The notes: generated by a model from the letters alone, not told the origin. Positions 1-7,275 are shown, counted from the first letter of the stretch. The stretch: 13,882 nt of DNA from Candidatus Eiseniibacteriota bacterium (GCA_031370645.1 JANMQV010000106.1:1-13882), one strand, 5' to 3'. Translations and numbers: made by a program.

Positions 1-137
1 CGCACCTGAATCTTCGGGTTGTTCTGCGACAACACCATCGTGATCGCCGCCGTCAGCGTCGTCTTACCATGATCCACGTGGCCAATCGTCCCCACGTTGA
101 GATGCGGCTTCGTCCGCTCATATTTCTGCTTCGCCAT
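1..137 (-). CDS. tuf: Elongation factor Tu, N-terminal part (runs off the left edge)
   Basis: Not in the ORF track. Reverse complement from ATG at 137 reads [45 protein letters not shown], with the EF-Tu G1 motif [17 protein letters not shown] at 154-148. It follows the Thr-Tyr-Gly-Thr tRNA cluster, as in the tufB-type operon. Confidence 0.98.
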   Translation of the reverse strand, partial: MAKQKYERTKPHLNVGTIGHVDHGKTTLTAAITMVLSQNNPKIQV

Positions 138-249
138 CGAATCGCTCCCTCCTTAGGGACCCTGGTTGCTGCGGCTTCTCAAAAATTCTGCGATGGGCGC
201 ACTCATGACGCCCGGGCTTCCCGTGCGCTGCCTACCGCGTGGCGGACAA

Positions 250-325
250 TGGAGCCCACGAACGGAATCGAACCGTTGACCTTCTCCTTACCATGGAGAT
301 GCTCTACCGACTGAGCTACGTGGGC
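250..325 (-). tRNA. tRNA-Thr(GGU)
   Basis: 76 nt, GCCCACGTAGCTCAGTCGGTAGAGC...GGTTCGATTCC...GTGGGCTCCA. Anticodon stem TCTCC/GGAGA, loop ATGGTAA, encoded CCA. Confidence 0.97.
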
Positions 326-422
326 GGTGCTGCAGCGCTATCGTGCATGGTTCGTCGTGGACCGTTTCGACCCGACGTCTACACGGTCACGCGACGGCGC
401 CTACGTGATGCTTCGACTCAAG

Positions 423-476
423 GCAGAAAACCCCAACCAGCCTCTCTCTTCCGTAGAAAAAGGCTGTGGGGACTGC
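423..476 (-). other. Long leader hairpin just downstream of the internal promoter
   Basis: Minus strand GCAG-T-CCCCA-CAGCC-TTTTTC-TACG-GAAGAGAGA-GGCTG-GT-TGGGG-TTTT-CTGC. The inner pairs need G-U, which is available only on the minus strand. A C(UACG)G tetraloop register is possible. Confidence 0.6.
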
Positions 477-485
477 GAGCCGATG

Positions 486-514
486 AATGTACGAGCCGCG
501 AAACCCCCAGTCAA
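486..514 (-). promoter_or_regulatory. Sigma70-type promoter for tRNA-Thr(GGU)-tuf
   Basis: TTGACT (514-509), 17-bp spacer, TACATT (491-486). Confidence 0.8.
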
Positions 515-624
515 CAGGAAATTTGCGGGTTCGTGCCAGACTCCGAAGGGGGCGCTCTAACGCGCCGGAAAAGTCCCGTTCGGGGGAATCAACCCAGCCT
601 ACGTCCCGGAAACGGTCCGTGGGA

Positions 625-668
625 CGGAGAAAAACCGGGGAAACCTCGGCGGCAACTCGGGTGATAAC
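625..668. repeat. Four degenerate tandem 11-bp units each starting CGG
   Basis: CGGAGAAAAAC / CGGGGAAACCT / CGGCGGCAACT / CGGGTGATAAC starting at 625, 636, 647 and 658. Confidence 0.5.
628..649 (-). terminator. Possible weak intrinsic terminator after tRNA-Gly
   Basis: Minus strand CCGAGG-TTT-CCCCGG (one A-C mismatch) followed by TTTTTCT. It lies upstream of the internal promoter. Confidence 0.3.
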
Positions 669-728
669 CTAATAAGTAGTTGCGGAACAGTATTTTGGAC
701 GCTGTGGAAAGATGTGGATGGAAGAAAA

Positions 729-804
729 TGGAGCGGGAAACGGGATTCGAACCCGCGACCCTCAGCTTGGAAGGCTGACGCTCTAGCCACTGAGCTATTC
801 CCGC
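729..804 (-). tRNA. tRNA-Gly(UCC)
   Basis: 76 nt, GCGGGAATAGCTCAGTGGCTAGAGC...GGTTCGAATCC...CCCGCTCCA. Anticodon stem TCAGC/GCTGA, loop CTTCCAA. Confidence 0.97.
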
Positions 805-892
805 TCAAATTCGATAGTTACGCTATTCCCACCGCCCCCGGCGGCGAGGCGCCCCGGTCAAGGGTCGCCGCAGGCCACATTATACTAGGAGG

Positions 893-977
<85 letters not shown>

Positions 978-1002
978 GGCATTCGCGATGGCGAGACGAT
1001 GG

Positions 1003-1078
1003 TGGAGCTGGCGAAGGGACTCGAACCCCCAACCGCCTCATTACAAATGAGATGCTCTACCAATTGAGCTACGCCAGC
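1003..1078 (-). tRNA. tRNA-Thr(UGU)
   Basis: 76 nt, GCTGGCGTAGCTCAATTGGTAGAGC...GGTTCGAGTCC...GCCAGCTCCA. Anticodon loop TTTGTAA. Confidence 0.97.
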
Positions 1079-1112
1079 GCCGTCCCGCCGTCCGATGTCC
1101 GATCGGCGCGAA

Positions 1113-1149
1113 GGCCCCGGAGTGTACGCACGAGAGGGCCGTTCGTCAA
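1113..1149 (-). promoter_or_regulatory. Sigma70-type promoter of the tRNA cluster with GC-rich discriminator
   Basis: TTGACG (1149-1144), 17-bp spacer, TACACT (1126-1121), then CCGGGGCC. The -35 box contains the TGA stop of the upstream regulator. Confidence 0.8.
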
Positions 1150-2621
1150 CGCTCGGAGGTTCCTTCCGTTGGAGAATCCTCGGGCTCGAGCCGCGCGAGT
1201 CCGGGTTCGTCCGTGGTGGAGACCCAGACTGGGAGCGACTCGGCTTTCAGTTTGTTTCGGAGCGTGCGCTCGTTGATGCCTAGCAACTCCGCCGCCTTCG
1301 CCTTGTGGCCGCCGGTCCTCTTCAGCGCGCGATGAATGGCGAGCCGCTCCAACGTGCGAATGTCGAGAACGTCGTCCTCGGCCGTTGCGCTCGTCACTCC
1401 GCGATTCGCGATCCTACCCGATTCAGGGTCTCGAAATGCTGCGCCGACACCGTACGGCGTTCTCCCGAATGCTTCCGGCGTGAGCGCCACTCCCTCATGC
1501 AGAATCATCGCCCGCTCCACCGCGTTCGCGAGTTCGCGAACATTTCCCGGCCACGGCCTCTTCCGCAGATAGTCGAGCGTCTCCGGCGGAATGGCCGGAG
1601 CCTTCATCCCGAGTTGCCGGGAATTCCAATCGACAAAGGTCTCCACGAGCCGCGGGAGATCCTCGAGCCGTTCACGGAGCGGCGGCGTGCGAATGGATAC
1701 GACGGAAAGGAACGCGTAAAGCTCTCGCGAGAACCGTCCCGCTTCCACCTCCGCCGCCAGATCGCGGTGAGTCGTGGCAATCGTGCGAACGTCGATTCGA
1801 ATCGGATGTTGGCTGCCGATCCGCTGAACGCGTTTCTCCTGTAGCGCGCGAAGCAATTTCCCCTGCACGTGGAGCGGCAGTTCCGAGACCTCGTCCAGGA
1901 GAATGGATCCGCCGTTCGCGCGTTCCAGTCCGCCCAGCAGGACGGAGTTCGCTCCATCGCCTGCGATGCTGTGGGGCTCGTGCCCGAAGAGGACGCTCTC
2001 GAGGGAGGCCTCCGGCGTTGCCGCGCAACTGATCCGCACGAACGGCCGGTCGTAGCGCGGGCTCCGCGAATGAATCTCGCGCGCGAAGAGCGCTTTTCTC
2101 GTCCCGACTTCGCCATGCAGCAGAACCGCGGCGCTCGTCGGCGCCACGACGTCGAGCGCCTCCAGCAGATCGCGGATCGACTCGCTCTCCCCCACGATGG
2201 CGCGCGGTCCGCGAAGCGAGGAGATTTCGCGGCGCGACTCTTCGTTCTCGCGCCGCAACCGATCGACGATGAGCGCGCTCTTCACCGCGAGTTGAACCGA
2301 CTCCACGCGAAGCGGCTTCGTCATGAAGTCGACGGCGCCATGCTGCGTGGCGGCCAGCGCGTGCTCGGCGGTAGAGTAGCCCGACGTGACGATGGTCGGC
2401 ACGTTCAACCCTTCGTTTTGGATGAAGTCGAGGAGTTGGAGGCCGTCGCGATCGGGCATGACACAGTCCACGATCACGAGGTCGATGCGGTGACGGGAAA
2501 GAAGTTCGATCGCCTCGCCGACACTCGTGGCGACGATCGGTTCGTGACCCATGTCACGGAGGAGGCGGTCGAGTAGCGCGCAGACGATTGCTTCGTCGTC
2601 CACGCAGAGGATTGCGGCCAC
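1146..2621 (-). CDS. NtrC-family response regulator (REC, degenerate AAA+, Fis-type HTH)
   Basis: Receiver ILCVDDE...IVDCVMP...TSGY...TKP; AAA+ remnants LLDEV, QGKLLR, WPGNVREL; HTH KAKAAELLGINERTLRNKLK. Start moved from 3008 to GTG 2621 (SD AAGGGAG, 7-nt spacing), giving 491 aa. TTG 2690 is an alternative start. Confidence 0.92.
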   Translation of the reverse strand: MAAILCVDDEAIVCALLDRLLRDMGHEPIVATSVGEAIELLSRHRIDLVIVDCVMPDRDGLQLLDFIQNEGLNVPTIVTSGYSTAEHALAATQHGAVDFMTKPLRVESVQLAVKSALIVDRLRRENEESRREISSLRGPRAIVGESESIRDLLEALDVVAPTSAAVLLHGEVGTRKALFAREIHSRSPRYDRPFVRISCAATPEASLESVLFGHEPHSIAGDGANSVLLGGLERANGGSILLDEVSELPLHVQGKLLRALQEKRVQRIGSQHPIRIDVRTIATTHRDLAAEVEAGRFSRELYAFLSVVSIRTPPLRERLEDLPRLVETFVDWNSRQLGMKAPAIPPETLDYLRKRPWPGNVRELANAVERAMILHEGVALTPEAFGRTPYGVGAAFRDPESGRIANRGVTSATAEDDVLDIRTLERLAIHRALKRTGGHKAKAAELLGINERTLRNKLKAESLPVWVSTTDEPGLARLEPEDSPTEGTSER

Positions 2622-2839
2622 GTCTGAGCTCCCTTCTACCCCCGGAGTAGTTATCTCGGCAGCCTCGAATGCCTTGAGCGAATCGGGCAATACGATAGCG
2701 CCTCGGCTACTAACCGAGCAGAGAGCCCCGCAGAAAGAATGGCACCAAAATGGTTGGGACGAGTATGAAAAAATGTCATGCGGGAAGAATTTCTTGAGGT
2801 CGGCGCGTGCATAGCGCCGCGGAGCGTTTCTAGTGGGTG

Positions 2840-4975
2840 CTAGGCCGGAATTTTCTTCCGGTTTGTAGTGCCCTGATCGGCCCGGAGCGGGGAAAGGATC
2901 GGCGCCACACGCATTTCGGCGTCTTGCCCCTGCACCCCTTGGTTCTCCAGCGCCCGAGCCATGGTGAAGTGGAAGCGGCTTCCCTGTCCCAGTTTGCTCT
3001 CGGCCCATAGGCGGCCGCGGTGCGATTCGATGATCCCCTTGCAGATGGCCAAGCCAAGTCCCGTGCCGCCGCGCTCACGCGTGGCCGCTTCTTCGACTTG
3101 GTAGAACTTTCCGAAGATCCGCTGCAGGTCTTCCGGCGCGATCCCCTTTCCTTGGTCGCTCACGATCACTTCGATCTCCTGCTCGTGCTCCACCAACTCG
3201 ATCGTCACGCGGCCGCCCGGGCTCGAGAATTTGAGCGCGTTCGACATGAGATTCTCCAGCACCTGCTGAATGCGCCCGCCGTCGGCGGAGGCCATCATCG
3301 GGCGTGATGGGAGGCGCGCGTCGATTTCGATCCCCTGTCCGCCCGGCAACTGCGGAACCCAGAAGAGACACTTCTCGACAAGTTCGTTGATCGAAGTCGG
3401 CATCAGCGAGACCTGCAACACGCCGGCCTCGATCTTCGAGATGTCGAGGATGTCCTTCACCAGACGAATGAGCCGTTCCACCGACTCCTGGCAGAAGGCG
3501 ATCAACTGCCGCTGGTCTTCCGTGTATTCGAATTGCTTGCTCCCGACCAGAAGGTCGAGGCTGCTCTTCATGACGGTAAGCGGGGTGCGGACTTCATGCG
3601 ACGCGATGGAGAGGAACTCGCTCTTCGAGCGATCGAGTTCCCGCACCTGTTCGAAGAGCCGCGCGTTCGCGACCGCGGCCGAAACCTGCGCCGCGAAGAG
3701 CCGCGCCAGCGAAACCGCGTCGGAGTGGAAGGTCTCGCGTTCGCCGAGGACGAGGAGAATCCCGACGGTCTGATCGTTCACGCGAAGCGGAGCCGCGATG
3801 GCGTAGGCCGCCGGGTGCGTGAGAAGGAAGCTGAGGCCGGCCGTCTCGAACTCGACGCGGGCCAGGAGCCTCGTCTCGGCGCCGAGGACGAGTTCGATCG
3901 GCTCGGGAGAGATATCCCACGACGAGTCGTCCACGACTCCGGGGCCGACGCGAGACCAGAGGTGAATGCGCCCTTCGCGCCTCGCTGCGGCACCGGCGAT
4001 CGACTCGGCGCCGCCGCAAATCTCTGCCATGCCGCGCGCCGCCACCTCGAGAGTCGCCGGAAGTTCCAGCGTCGCCGCCGCTTCGGAGCCGATGCGATGG
4101 AGATCGCGGAGCCGCGCCTGCTGTGCGGCGTCCCGCTGCTGCGATGCTTCGAGTCCCGCGGCCATCTGATTGATCGCGTTCCCGAGTTCGCCGATTTCGT
4201 TTCGAGCCGTTGTTTCCACGCGAGCGCCGAGTTCGCCTTTCGCAATCGCTTGGACGCCGCGCAGCAATTCATGGAGCGGCCGGGTCACCCAGCGGGAGAC
4301 CAAGCTGCTCGCGACGATGCTCGCGAAGAGGCCGAGAAGAAAGATCGCGATCGAGACGTACCCCAGCAGCCGCGCCTCGGCCAGAAGTCCGGCCGCACTC
4401 ATCTCCACGACGGCAAGCCCCACCGATTCTCCCTGCTTGCCGCGGATCGGCGAGATGGCCACAACCCGCGCGCGATCGGCGTGGTCGAGCTCCAAGATCT
4501 TGCAGACCGGAGATTCCATTCCGTCGTGGATCAGCGATTGGGGGACGTTCGTGGGCGGCGGCGCGCCGATCGGAAGGCGACCCCCGCGCAACTCCTGGTC
4601 GTCGACGATCGGTGCGGTGCCGCCCATGTCCACGACGACGCCCCACTGCCCCAAGTTCCCCGTCGGGGCGAGCGTGAAGAGGTGGTAGATGGCGGGATTC
4701 GCGCGGCGGAGCGCGCTCAGGTCTTCGACGATCGTCCGGAAGCCCGCCGAGTTCATGTCGGCCGCGCGGCGAATGGAGCGATGCCCGTCTACGTTCACGA
4801 GGGCCGCGGCGGTCTCGGCAGCGGTGGTGGCGGTGCCGATGAGTTGGCGACGGAGTGAGGCCTGGCCGTTCTGGTAGAGAAGCACGGTGGCCAGCGCTAG
4901 GAAGGTCGTCCCCACGGCGAGGAAGAGCACCTGCAGTTCTACCTGGAGCGTCCTCGGTTTTCCGAAGAGCCTCAT
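2840..4975 (-). CDS. Membrane sensor histidine kinase (2 TM, extracytoplasmic sensor, HAMP, GAF-like, HisKA, HATPase)
   Basis: Two hydrophobic segments; HAMP (VTRPL...NEIGELGNAINQM); GAF-like (AAPLRVNDQTVGIL...VANARLF); H-box SHEVRTPL; N-box NLMSNALKFS; G1 DQGKGI; G2 GGTGLGL. Confidence 0.95.
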   Translation of the reverse strand: MRLFGKPRTLQVELQVLFLAVGTTFLALATVLLYQNGQASLRRQLIGTATTAAETAAALVNVDGHRSIRRAADMNSAGFRTIVEDLSALRRANPAIYHLFTLAPTGNLGQWGVVVDMGGTAPIVDDQELRGGRLPIGAPPPTNVPQSLIHDGMESPVCKILELDHADRARVVAISPIRGKQGESVGLAVVEMSAAGLLAEARLLGYVSIAIFLLGLFASIVASSLVSRWVTRPLHELLRGVQAIAKGELGARVETTARNEIGELGNAINQMAAGLEASQQRDAAQQARLRDLHRIGSEAAATLELPATLEVAARGMAEICGGAESIAGAAARREGRIHLWSRVGPGVVDDSSWDISPEPIELVLGAETRLLARVEFETAGLSFLLTHPAAYAIAAPLRVNDQTVGILLVLGERETFHSDAVSLARLFAAQVSAAVANARLFEQVRELDRSKSEFLSIASHEVRTPLTVMKSSLDLLVGSKQFEYTEDQRQLIAFCQESVERLIRLVKDILDISKIEAGVLQVSLMPTSINELVEKCLFWVPQLPGGQGIEIDARLPSRPMMASADGGRIQQVLENLMSNALKFSSPGGRVTIELVEHEQEIEVIVSDQGKGIAPEDLQRIFGKFYQVEEAATRERGGTGLGLAICKGIIESHRGRLWAESKLGQGSRFHFTMARALENQGVQGQDAEMRVAPILSPLRADQGTTNRKKIPA
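2845..2861. promoter_or_regulatory. Palindrome CCGGAA-N5-TTCCGG, candidate regulator binding site
   Basis: Perfect 6-bp arms around a T-rich core, within the last codons of the kinase and ~225 bp upstream of the regulator start. Confidence 0.35.
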
Positions 4976-5008
4976 GGGGTGCTGGGCCTCGCGTGGTCGA
5001 TTGTGGAA

Positions 5009-6427
5009 TCAGCGTTTACGCCGGGCGATCGTCCCCCCTTTCGCGTCCTCGAGGGTGTAGCCCTGCGCGAGTATCTCGTCTCTCAATTGATCGGCTCGTT
5101 TCCACTCCTTCTGCAGCCTGGCCTCATCCCGTTGCCGCACAAGGGCTTGGATGGCCCCCGGGGCGGCTTCTTCCGGGGCTTCGGAAGCGCCGAAGAGCCC
5201 GATGATCGAGCCTAGCCGCTGGAGTGTCTTCCCGGCCTCGGCCACGGCCGCGCGATCGTCGGCCGTGGAGTCCGGGGAATCGGCGACGCGGTTGATCTCT
5301 TTCGCGAGTTCGAAGAGGTGCCCCTGGGCGCGCGCGGTGTTGAAGTCGTCGTCCATCGCCTCTTCGAACGTCGCCGCGAGCGCGGCCGTTTGCGCGGCGA
5401 GCGGCGAGCGTGACGCCGTGCCGCCCGCGGCCGCGGTTTCGGCGAGCGCGGCTTTCGCCATCGCGTCGCGAAGCCGGGCGTACGCGGTGCCCGCCTCGCG
5501 GAGCCGATCTTCGTTCCACTCGATCGGACTCCGGTAGTGCGTCGACTGCAGATAGAAGCGCACCACGTCGGGCTCGAACTCGCGGAGCACATCTTCGATC
5601 AGAAAGAAGTGCTTCGTCGACTTCGACATCTTCTCGCCGCCGAGGTTCACCATCCCGTTCTCGACCCAGAAATCGACGAACGGCTTCGCGTTCGCCGCTT
5701 CCGACTGCGCCTTCTCGTTTTCGTGGTGCGGGAAGATGAGGTCCTGGCCGCCGCCATGAAAATCGAGCGTCTCGCCGAGATACTTCATCGCCATCGCGCT
5801 GCACTCGATGTGCCAGCCGGGGCGTCCCGGTCCCCAGGGACTCGGCCACGACGGCTCTCCCGGCTTCGCGCCCTTCCAGAGGGTGAAGTCGAGCGGGTCC
5901 TTCTTCGATTCCCCCACCTCGATCCGCGAACCGGAGCGGAGGTCGTCGATGTTGTGCCCGGAGAGCTGGCCGTAGTCCTTGTAGGAACGAACGGCGAAGT
6001 AGACATCGCCAGCCGAGGCGTAGGCGTTGCCGCGATCGATCAGTTTCTGGATGAGCGCCTGGATCTCCGTGATGTGCTCGGTCGCGCGCGGGTAGTGGGT
6101 CGCGGGCTTGATCTGGAGCCGAAGCGCGTATTCAAGGTACGCCTTCTCGTTTCGGCGCGAGACATCCTCGTAATCGACGCCCTCGAGGTTCGCCTTCGCG
6201 ATGATCTTGTCGTCGATGTCCGTGAAGTTATAGACGTACGTGACCACGTAGCCGCGCGACTCGAGCCAGCGGCGAATGACGTCGCCCGAGATGGAGGAAC
6301 GCATGTGCCCCACGTGCGGCTTGTCCTGCACGGTCATGCCGCAGGTGTAAATGCCCACGTGGTCGCCCGGCTTCTTCCCGAACGGCAGTTTCGCCCTGCG
6401 GCGCGTGTCGTAGACGCGAACGCTCAC
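5009..6427 (-). CDS. cysS: Cysteine--tRNA ligase
   Basis: YTCGMTV, HVGH (HIGH motif), NFTDIDDKII, GRPGWHIECSAM, FPHHENE, KMSKS. GTG start overlaps the upstream stop (GTGA). Confidence 0.98.
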   Translation of the reverse strand: MSVRVYDTRRRAKLPFGKKPGDHVGIYTCGMTVQDKPHVGHMRSSISGDVIRRWLESRGYVVTYVYNFTDIDDKIIAKANLEGVDYEDVSRRNEKAYLEYALRLQIKPATHYPRATEHITEIQALIQKLIDRGNAYASAGDVYFAVRSYKDYGQLSGHNIDDLRSGSRIEVGESKKDPLDFTLWKGAKPGEPSWPSPWGPGRPGWHIECSAMAMKYLGETLDFHGGGQDLIFPHHENEKAQSEAANAKPFVDFWVENGMVNLGGEKMSKSTKHFFLIEDVLREFEPDVVRFYLQSTHYRSPIEWNEDRLREAGTAYARLRDAMAKAALAETAAAGGTASRSPLAAQTAALAATFEEAMDDDFNTARAQGHLFELAKEINRVADSPDSTADDRAAVAEAGKTLQRLGSIIGLFGASEAPEEAAPGAIQALVRQRDEARLQKEWKRADQLRDEILAQGYTLEDAKGGTIARRKR

Positions 6428-7266
6428 GTGGTCGTCTCTCCCGTGTTCGCGCTATGGAGGGCGATTCCCTCCGCGCGGAGCCGACGAATGGCCGCGAGCC
6501 GTAGCGCGCGGGTGGCGGGGTGTCGATTCTCGGGACGGGTTCGCCCTTGGATGAGTACGATGAATTGTCCTCCGGAAACGTCGTCGAGGCCGAGGACCGT
6601 TGGGCCGTCCACCATGAGCGCGGCCGACGCGGCGTCCGCTTTGAATGCGGCGACCATGTCAGTCAGGATGCGGAGAACGCGCTCCGGATCCTCGTCCGTG
6701 CTGACCGGGATGCGGACCATCGGCGCCGCCCACGACTTCGTGAGATTGGTGACGATCTTGATCTCGCCGTTCGGAATGAAATGAAGCGAGCCGTCGCTAT
6801 CGCGGAGTTCGGTGTGGCGGAGCGTCAGCCGCTCGATGGACCCCGCCACCCCCACGACTCGCACCGTATCGCCCACGCCGTACTGATCGTCGTGGATGAT
6901 GAAGAACCCGCCGACCCAGTCTCGGATGAGCGATTGCGCGCCGAGTCCCGCCGCCACGCCGAATCCGCCCGCCGCGGCGAGTGCCGGGGTGATGTCGAGG
7001 CCGAGTTCCCGTACCGCCATGAGCGCCGCCACGACGAAGACAAGCGAGCGCGTGCCGCCGCGGAGGACGCCGCCGATCGTGCGAGCGCGTTTCTCCCGTG
7101 CGGAATCTTCCCCCTCGCTCCGGGCGCGAATCGTCTTCTCGAGGTTCGCGATGAGGAGGCTAGAGAGGCGAACGACCAGAATCGCCCCGAAAATGATGAT
7201 GCCGAGGCGAATTCCCAATGCGATGACGTCAGCGGCTTCGACTTCAGCCGCGCGGGCCGGAAGCAT
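6424..7266 (-). CDS. Small-conductance mechanosensitive channel (MscS family)
   Basis: Three hydrophobic segments, then AAGGFGVAAGLGAQSLIRDWVGGFFI, YGVGDTVRV, GSIERLTLRHT, IPNGEI. Confidence 0.93.
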   Translation of the reverse strand: MLPARAAEVEAADVIALGIRLGIIIFGAILVVRLSSLLIANLEKTIRARSEGEDSAREKRARTIGGVLRGGTRSLVFVVAALMAVRELGLDITPALAAAGGFGVAAGLGAQSLIRDWVGGFFIIHDDQYGVGDTVRVVGVAGSIERLTLRHTELRDSDGSLHFIPNGEIKIVTNLTKSWAAPMVRIPVSTDEDPERVLRILTDMVAAFKADAASAALMVDGPTVLGLDDVSGGQFIVLIQGRTRPENRHPATRALRLAAIRRLRAEGIALHSANTGETTT

Positions 7267-7275
7267 GCGCGCGCC

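Noticed and set aside
355..410. GGGTCGAAAC resembling a T-loop of a degenerate tRNA
   Set aside because: No acceptor stem, D-arm or anticodon arm can be built around it.
662..689. dif-like site (minus-strand arm TTAGGTTATCA resembles a XerD arm)
   Set aside because: The other arm lacks the inner TAA of a XerC site, and the match is too weak.
703..721. Two DnaA-box-like 9-mers (TGTGGAAAG, TGTGGATGG)
   Set aside because: One and two mismatches to the consensus, only two copies and no oriC context. Kept only as direct repeats in the att-like finding.
1000..1005. Encoded CCACCA after tRNA-Thr(UGU), resembling the tRNA degradation tag
   Set aside because: That tag is added enzymatically to unstable tRNAs. 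Here it is trailer sequence on a normal tRNA, and 3 extra bases can match by chance.
2740..2754. TGGCACCAAAATGGT as a sigma54 -24/-12 promoter
   Set aside because: The -12 position is GT rather than GC, and it points on the plus strand, away from the regulator.
2622..3008. 129-aa N-terminal extension of the regulator in the ORF track
   Set aside because: It overlaps the kinase 3' end and crosses an AT-rich, intergenic-looking stretch. A good SD supports GTG 2621.
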